DNA from: Nanobdellota archaeon
GTDB lineage: Archaea > Nanobdellota > Nanobdellia > Pacearchaeales > GW2011-AR1
Assembly (NCBI GenBank): GCA_038045705.1
Contig: JBBSXO010000002.1
Coordinates: 25,557-89,556, forward strand
Length of the DNA stretch: 64,000 nucleotides
Direction: 5' to 3'
The notes below the pieces were generated by a model, which saw only the letters and a list, made by a program, of their open reading frames with translations, was not told the DNA's origin and did no database searches. The position numbers and the translations under genes were made by a program. This document shows positions 58,338-64,000 of the stretch, one piece after another (the stretch's first letter is position 1; each line of letters opens with the position of its first letter).

Positions 58338-59075
58338 ATGATTGCAGAAATGTTAAATAAAATAGGCCTTTCAGAAGGTGAAATAAGGGTATATTCCGCT
58401 TTACTAGATAACGGCAGTTCTCCAGTAAATATAATACATGAAAAAACTGGAATAGAAAGAAGGAATATTTATGATATTCTAAATAAACTAATAGAAAAGG
58501 GGCTTGTATCTTATGTTTACGAAAATAAAAGAAGACTATTTCAAATAAGTTCTCCAGATAAAATAATTAGTTATATGGAAGAAAAGAAAGACAATCTAGA
58601 AAAAACAACACAAGAAATAAAGAAAAATATTCCCTTACTAATGGATAAGTTTAAACTTAAAAGACCTTCTATAGGAGCAGAAATCTTTAGGGGATATGAA
58701 GGAGTAAAAGCAATATTGGAAGATATGTTGAACTATAATAAAATATACTGGATTGGTTCAGGAAGATATATTCCAAAGAAATTTCCTAACTTCTTTGAAA
58801 ATTGGAATAAAAGAAGAATACAAAAGAAAGTAATGCTATCTAACCTGCTTAGATATGAATTAAAAGGAGAAACAAAACAAATGTCTCTAGAAGAAATGAG
58901 ATTCTTACCAAAAGAATTTAGCGCTAATCCAATAGTAATATGTATATATGGGGATAAAGTAGTTAATTTTCTTTTTGGAAAAGATATTTTTGCATTTCTT
59001 ATTGAAAGTAAAGAACTAGCACACAATTATCTAATATACCACAAATATTTATTAGATAATGTTGCTAGTAAGTAA
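58338..59075 (+). CDS. TrmB-family transcriptional regulator
   Basis: IGLSEGEIRVY.ALL..G....I.EKTGIERRNIYDIL.KL.EKGLV; FRGYEGVK. Confidence 0.88.
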   Translation: MIAEMLNKIGLSEGEIRVYSALLDNGSSPVNIIHEKTGIERRNIYDILNKLIEKGLVSYVYENKRRLFQISSPDKIISYMEEKKDNLEKTTQEIKKNIPLLMDKFKLKRPSIGAEIFRGYEGVKAILEDMLNYNKIYWIGSGRYIPKKFPNFFENWNKRRIQKKVMLSNLLRYELKGETKQMSLEEMRFLPKEFSANPIVICIYGDKVVNFLFGKDIFAFLIESKELAHNYLIYHKYLLDNVASK

Positions 59076-59076
59076 A

Positions 59077-59646
59077 ATGAAACCAATTATAATAATAGAA
59101 CATTTAGAAACAAAAGTCTGGCCATGGTGTCTAATAGAGTATCAAAGCATATCTAAGATATTAAAGAGATCAAACCTTTGGTTCACAAACATAAAAGAAA
59201 ATAAGTCTAAATTAAAAAAATTAGGAAAAATATTCAAAAAGTCTGTAATAAATATCAATTTAGAAGATATATGTGTACTAGACCCAGATGCTAAAAAGAC
59301 ACTTAGCCCAAAAGAAGCAAAAAAATTCAAGTATTTTATAATTGGGGGCATATTAGGAGACTATCCTCCAAAAAAAAGAACAAAAATAGAATTAACAAGA
59401 AAACTAAAGAAAACACAAGCAAGAAATATTGGTAAAAAACAGTTTAGCACAGATAACGCAGTATATGTTCTAAAGAAAATAATAGATGGTACTCCATTAA
59501 TCAAAATGAAATTTCAAAATAAAATTATAATTCCGATAAACAAAATAGAGTCAATAGAGTTACCCTATTATTATCCTTTAATTAACAATAAACCAAGAAT
59601 AAGTAAAAACCTTCTCAGATATTTAAAGAATAAGAAAGAATTCTAG
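59077..59646 (+). CDS. SPOUT-class SAM-dependent methyltransferase (Sfm1/DUF431-like)
   Basis: IIEHLE....W..IEY, LDP.A...L.P, IIGGILGDYPP..RT, QFSTDNAV. Confidence 0.8.
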   Translation: MKPIIIIEHLETKVWPWCLIEYQSISKILKRSNLWFTNIKENKSKLKKLGKIFKKSVININLEDICVLDPDAKKTLSPKEAKKFKYFIIGGILGDYPPKKRTKIELTRKLKKTQARNIGKKQFSTDNAVYVLKKIIDGTPLIKMKFQNKIIIPINKIESIELPYYYPLINNKPRISKNLLRYLKNKKEF

Positions 59647-60827
59647 TAACAATTCTTACAGATAAAACCTCTTCCACCTGCATCAGCATCCATAAATCTT
59701 TTATTTTTGAAGGCTTTACATTTAACACAAACTCTTCCGCATTGCCTGCATATTTTTCTTTTAGTAACAGAACATATATTTCTCAAACAAGTTTCACAAG
59801 ATATTTGATTACAATCTTCGCATCTTGCCCCACAATTTCGACATACAAGATGGTTTCCATTACAGATAATTATTTCATTAAGAGAATTTTTACATAAATC
59901 ACACAAAGGTAAATCAATTTTATTTTTTAATGGGTCAAACTTAATTACAACAAGTCGAGTTACATTTTCAGACTTAAAGAAAGTCTCAATAGAATAAACA
60001 GGATAATCTATAATCGTTGTGGTTATCAGTTTAGTATTCAATCGTAAAGCATGTTTTTTTTGCTCATTCTGGACAAATAAATCTCTTTCAGCAACAAATT
60101 GTATCTTCTGTCTTTCCAGCTCAATAGGATCTTTTGATTTAAGAGAACCAGCGTTTACCTTAGCAATCTGCTCATCAATTTCCTTAACTTGCTGATCATG
60201 ATATATATTTATCCGATTTATTTCCTTAGAAAGACTAACATCAAGAACAGAAGCAATTTTAGAAGTTCTTTCATTAACTAAACCTTTAATATTTTCTTTA
60301 GCAGTAGAATAATAATCTCTTAATTCTGTTATCTCAATATCTTTCTTATTTGTGTTAGAAACAGTAAATTTACTCAAATCAGGATTTACAACTAAACCTT
60401 CATCAACATATAATTCATTAATTAACTTTTCTTCTTCGTTAAGATATTTGTAAGTAGTCTGAAAAGTAAATTTAAACATAAAATTATGTGTTGTATTAGC
60501 AGTTGCCTTAACAACAGAGCAATTTAGAAGTTTCAAATTATCTTTAATAAAAGAATCTACATGCAGTTTATAGTTTAATGAAGTTAAAACAGCATCACCA
60601 GAATTATCTAAATAAGCTCTCATCATTTTCAGTAAATAGCTTTCAGGAGCAACCAATTCTCCTGAAATAGATTTATCAAAAACAAGTTTGTAAGGCTCAT
60701 TTTTACCATAAAATTTCTGGAACTTTGGAGGGACATCCTTCACTTCTAAATAATCTCCAGAATCAGAAACACTAGCTCCTAATTCCCTAAAAAACTGCAA
60801 ACTAAATGCCTTAAGCTGGTTGTCCAT
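59643..60827 (-). CDS. YqhG-like helicase partner with C-terminal multi-Cys zinc fingers
   Basis: Overlaps SNF2 gene; central coiled-coil; many CxxC pairs at C-terminus. Confidence 0.6.
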   Translation of the reverse strand: MDNQLKAFSLQFFRELGASVSDSGDYLEVKDVPPKFQKFYGKNEPYKLVFDKSISGELVAPESYLLKMMRAYLDNSGDAVLTSLNYKLHVDSFIKDNLKLLNCSVVKATANTTHNFMFKFTFQTTYKYLNEEEKLINELYVDEGLVVNPDLSKFTVSNTNKKDIEITELRDYYSTAKENIKGLVNERTSKIASVLDVSLSKEINRINIYHDQQVKEIDEQIAKVNAGSLKSKDPIELERQKIQFVAERDLFVQNEQKKHALRLNTKLITTTIIDYPVYSIETFFKSENVTRLVVIKFDPLKNKIDLPLCDLCKNSLNEIIICNGNHLVCRNCGARCEDCNQISCETCLRNICSVTKRKICRQCGRVCVKCKAFKNKRFMDADAGGRGFICKNCY

Positions 60828-62598
60828 CTAAAGCCTCCGTAGTTGCATTTTTAGCCTCATTATAGTCATCTATACCTTTCTGAATTAACTTGCTTATTCC
60901 TTTAACATCTTGCGCAAATATTTCCAAATTATTTTTAGAGTCTATAAATGAATTCATCAACATCTCTTCTATCTTGCTCAATCCAGATTTTCCAGGACTA
61001 TCAAGACCAAGATTAAATAAAATAGTTGGTAATTCACCAATAACAAGACCAATACAACACATTTTATTGATTATGAGATCAACAACATGTTCCTCCATAG
61101 TATCTTTAGTTGCTAAACTATATATTTTCATATCTCTTTTCTGACCTATTCTGTCGAGTCTTCCAATTCTCTGTTCAACAGACATTGGATTCCAAGGTAA
61201 ATCATAATTGATCAAAACATTGCAAAATTGAAAGTTTAAGCCTTCAGCACCAGTCTCAGTACTTATCATCAATTGTGCGTCTTTTTTGAATGCTTCAATC
61301 TTTTCAGTCTTCTCTTGACGAGTTAATCCTCCAGTAAACTCCACTATTTTAAGGTTATAAGGCTCTAGCTTCTCTATTATATATTTCAAAGTAGTAGGAT
61401 GCTTAGTATAGAGTAAAATCTTAGCATCTCTATCTTCTTTTAAAACTTTATCAATTATCTCAATCAACTTTTCAATTTTAGAGTCTTTAGTTAATTTAGA
61501 GTAGGCATCTATGATATCTTGAGCAATCTGTCTAGTTTGAGAATGATATTTCTCACTTTCAGCAATCTTAGTCAAAGATTCAACAGCAGACCTTGATGAA
61601 CTAGTAACTTTAGGCAAAATTGCATAAATAATCAATTTTCCACGCAATTCTTCTCCATTAGCAGAAAAATATTTTGTTTTTAACAGATCACAAATAGAAT
61701 CATAAATCTTCTTTTCCTCAAGAGTTAAATGAACTATTTCAATTTTAGGAATTCTTTTCTTATATTCTATCCCAGTCTCTTCACGCTTTCTTCGAACCAT
61801 AACTTCCTGAAGTCTTCTCCTAAGTTCCAAAGGATTCAAAGGACGTCTTTTATTTCCCCTTAACAAAAATTTTTCCCTAAACTCTTGAATAGTTCCCAAA
61901 TGACCTCGTCTAAGCAAATGAAGCAGATTATAAAGCTCAATTAAATCATTTTGAAAAGGAGTAGCTGTCAACAAAAGAAATCTCTTTTTCTGCATCCTAT
62001 CAACAAATTTCCATCTTGTAGTATTTCTCTGTTTAAGCTTGTGAGCTTCATCAACAACAAGTAAATCCCAAGGTATTTCATGAGCAATCTGATGCCTAAA
62101 TTTGCCTGCCTCCTTATCAAAAATCTTCACCTTGTCAATAGAAGCAATAACTAAATCAGCAGTATTCCAGTCGCTCTCTGATTCAATTATTTTAAAATTC
62201 AGGTTAAACTTCTCATTTAACTCAGCAACCCATTGATCTACAAGTGAAGGCGGAGTTAAAATCAAAACTTTATTTACAAAACCCCTAACAAGACACTCTT
62301 TGATTACCATTCCAGTAGTAATTGTTTTTCCAAGTCCAACCTCATCAGCAAGCAATGCAGAACCATTCATTTCCTTCAATATATGCAAAGCCCCATCTGT
62401 CTGATGTTTCAGCTTGTAAGTCAAATTGTCTTTAATCATGTCATAAGAAACTAATCCCTTAAACTCCGTATTCTTCTCTAATATGATAGCATCTACCTTT
62501 AGCTTAGCAGAATCAGCAGAACCAAACTTTCTCTGTTCAACTTTTTCAAGAACAAGAGAATCATCATCAGAAAAAGATTCATCTATGATTATAGCCAT
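60811..62598 (-). CDS. SNF2-family (YqhH/RapA-like) helicase
   Basis: LADEVGLGKT, VVDEAH, LTATPFQN, EGLNFQ, NYDLPWNP..VEQRIGRLDRIGQ. Confidence 0.92.
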   Translation of the reverse strand: MAIIIDESFSDDDSLVLEKVEQRKFGSADSAKLKVDAIILEKNTEFKGLVSYDMIKDNLTYKLKHQTDGALHILKEMNGSALLADEVGLGKTITTGMVIKECLVRGFVNKVLILTPPSLVDQWVAELNEKFNLNFKIIESESDWNTADLVIASIDKVKIFDKEAGKFRHQIAHEIPWDLLVVDEAHKLKQRNTTRWKFVDRMQKKRFLLLTATPFQNDLIELYNLLHLLRRGHLGTIQEFREKFLLRGNKRRPLNPLELRRRLQEVMVRRKREETGIEYKKRIPKIEIVHLTLEEKKIYDSICDLLKTKYFSANGEELRGKLIIYAILPKVTSSSRSAVESLTKIAESEKYHSQTRQIAQDIIDAYSKLTKDSKIEKLIEIIDKVLKEDRDAKILLYTKHPTTLKYIIEKLEPYNLKIVEFTGGLTRQEKTEKIEAFKKDAQLMISTETGAEGLNFQFCNVLINYDLPWNPMSVEQRIGRLDRIGQKRDMKIYSLATKDTMEEHVVDLIINKMCCIGLVIGELPTILFNLGLDSPGKSGLSKIEEMLMNSFIDSKNNLEIFAQDVKGISKLIQKGIDDYNEAKNATTEALDGQPA

Positions 62599-62662
62599 TT
62601 AACACCTCAGGAAAAGAAATCGGAATAAGTACTTTTTAAGGATAAGTGTAGTGGAATGAAGA

Positions 62663-63187
62663 TTAGTTATCCAGTAGAAGACCTTCCATTAATGTCAGAA
62701 ATTCTTTAGCCCTACCCAAAGATGTTTTAGCCTTAGACTCTTTGATGTTTTCAGTAGTTTCATATTGAAAAGTTGCCCTTTTTATTTTTTCATTTTCATA
62801 ATTACTAAGATAATTATCGCTTATAGTCAAAGCTTCTTCTTTTCCCAATTCATACTCAGTTAAAACATGATTCTTTATTTTATGTCTAGCTTGAACAATT
62901 AGAGATTCATTAACAACTTGGTGAGCTATTTCTTCACCAATTTTATATCCTAATTTGTAAAGATATGCTCTAGCTATATAGAACATTGAATAATAACTTG
63001 TTACAACGACCCAAAGAGAAGAGATTTTATTTTGGAAAATATGGTTTGCGACAGCAAGACTTTCTCTAGCATTTCTTACATAAGTATCATAAATTATATT
63101 TTGAATCTGGAAAACTTTCTTTATTTTACCATCTTCAAGATAATGTTTAAAGTTATTTTCAGCTTCTTTTATTCTTTTTTCATCCAT
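62663..63187 (-). CDS. HEPN-domain protein
   Basis: VVTSYYSMFY.ARA.L..LG......H; KRATFQY. Confidence 0.85.
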   Translation of the reverse strand: MDEKRIKEAENNFKHYLEDGKIKKVFQIQNIIYDTYVRNARESLAVANHIFQNKISSLWVVVTSYYSMFYIARAYLYKLGYKIGEEIAHQVVNESLIVQARHKIKNHVLTEYELGKEEALTISDNYLSNYENEKIKRATFQYETTENIKESKAKTSLGRAKEFLTLMEGLLLDN

Positions 63188-63786
63188 TTTGCTATTATAT
63201 TGTAATAGTTCTCTGTTCCGTATAAGATGATATTTTTATTGATAATTTCATGTCCAAGATTATTCTGTTTTTTTTCAATCATTGAAACAAACTGCTCTGT
63301 ACTAAATTCATGAATTTCCAAAGGCAAGGCTAATAACCTTAATTTATCACACAAAACATTTAACTTCTGAGTATTATCACAAATAATACATAAATCAATA
63401 TCTGAATTAAGACTATTTATTCCCTTAGCATGGGATCCAAAAATAAGAGCAATAAGAAAAGGGTAATTTAATTCTTCAATATAATTTCTTAAAACTTTTA
63501 ATTTAGGATTCTTTAGAAGAAACTCTTCAGTTCTCTTCTTTTCAACATTAAATATCTCTTGATTTGGAAAAAGATTTATGCTTATAAGATTTGTATTTCC
63601 TAGGTGTTCTTTAAATATAATTCCTTGTGATTGAAGTTCATTAACTAAATTGTAAGTGTTCTTATAATCTAATATAATTGCTCCAGAAACCTGCATAGTA
63701 GACTTAGGCACTTTATTCTCTATTAAATACTTGATCAATTTTTCCTTTGGCTTAATCTTGATTTTAGTTATCTTAAACTTTACCAT
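63169..63786 (-). CDS. wHTH + minimal nucleotidyltransferase (MNT)
   Basis: IFGSHAKG....SDIDLCII; overlaps HEPN start. Confidence 0.88.
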   Translation of the reverse strand: MVKFKITKIKIKPKEKLIKYLIENKVPKSTMQVSGAIILDYKNTYNLVNELQSQGIIFKEHLGNTNLISINLFPNQEIFNVEKKRTEEFLLKNPKLKVLRNYIEELNYPFLIALIFGSHAKGINSLNSDIDLCIICDNTQKLNVLCDKLRLLALPLEIHEFSTEQFVSMIEKKQNNLGHEIINKNIILYGTENYYNIIAKWMKKE

Positions 63787-63936
63787 AAGATTATGGTATA
63801 TTTACCATATTTAAGCCTTTCTGATTCTAAAAAAGTTTGATCATACTAAAAAGATAAACAAAAATAAAGAGGTTTCAATTCAATAAGTTTCATCCCAAAA
63901 ATATCTTTGTATCATTTGCTTGCCATTATAACATCT

Positions 63937-63977
63937 TTTACACCGAGTAATTCGCAGTTCGAGTCTGCATTGGACCA
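63937..63977 (+). pseudogene. Intronless 3' half of tRNA-Val(TAC), att-like remnant
   Basis: TTTACA|CCGAGTAATTCGCAGTTCGAGTCTGC matches the spliced form of the 36833..36933 tRNA; acceptor strand diverged (ATTGGACCA). Confidence 0.75.
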
Positions 63978-64000
63978 TATTATATTGTTTCTATTAAGTA

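Noticed and set aside
1-64000. Alternative genetic code
   Set aside because: Conserved genes translate full length with the standard code, and TAA, TAG and TGA all occur as stops.

Overview
AT-rich archaeal chromosome segment, most likely from a DPANN/Nanobdellati archaeon (Pacearchaeota- or Woesearchaeota-like). Evidence: archaeal uL16/L10e, eL33/L35Ae, thermosome, archaeal GluRS, BHB-intron tRNAs, class III signal-peptide pilins, TrmB regulators, and mostly short, near-leaderless genes behind TATA boxes. Core genes (nrdJ, iscS, xth, lemA, htpX, thrS, gltX, ppsA) alternate with many small orphan ORFs. Two themes stand out. (1) tRNA-anchored accretion of small cassettes: an ~11.4 kb array of toxin-antitoxin, Fic, macro-domain and TrmB modules lies downstream of tRNA-Gly(GCC). 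Its junctions carry copies of the tRNA 3' end, an inverted 25-bp repeat, hairpins and repeated remnants of one element end that encodes the peptide AEKAIEKWLE*. A one-gene mini-island sits at tRNA-Ala, and there are two intronless tRNA-Val 3'-half remnants. No integrase is recognisable in the window. (2) Bacteria-type genes unexpected in an archaeon: an ECF-type sigma factor, a GH24 phage-type muramidase and an intact GGDEF diguanylate cyclase. Also seen: a candidate structured RNA, an IS200/IS605-type palindromic mini-element and a 25-aa eL41-like ORF missed by the ORF track. All calls are from motif reading by eye; no database search was run.
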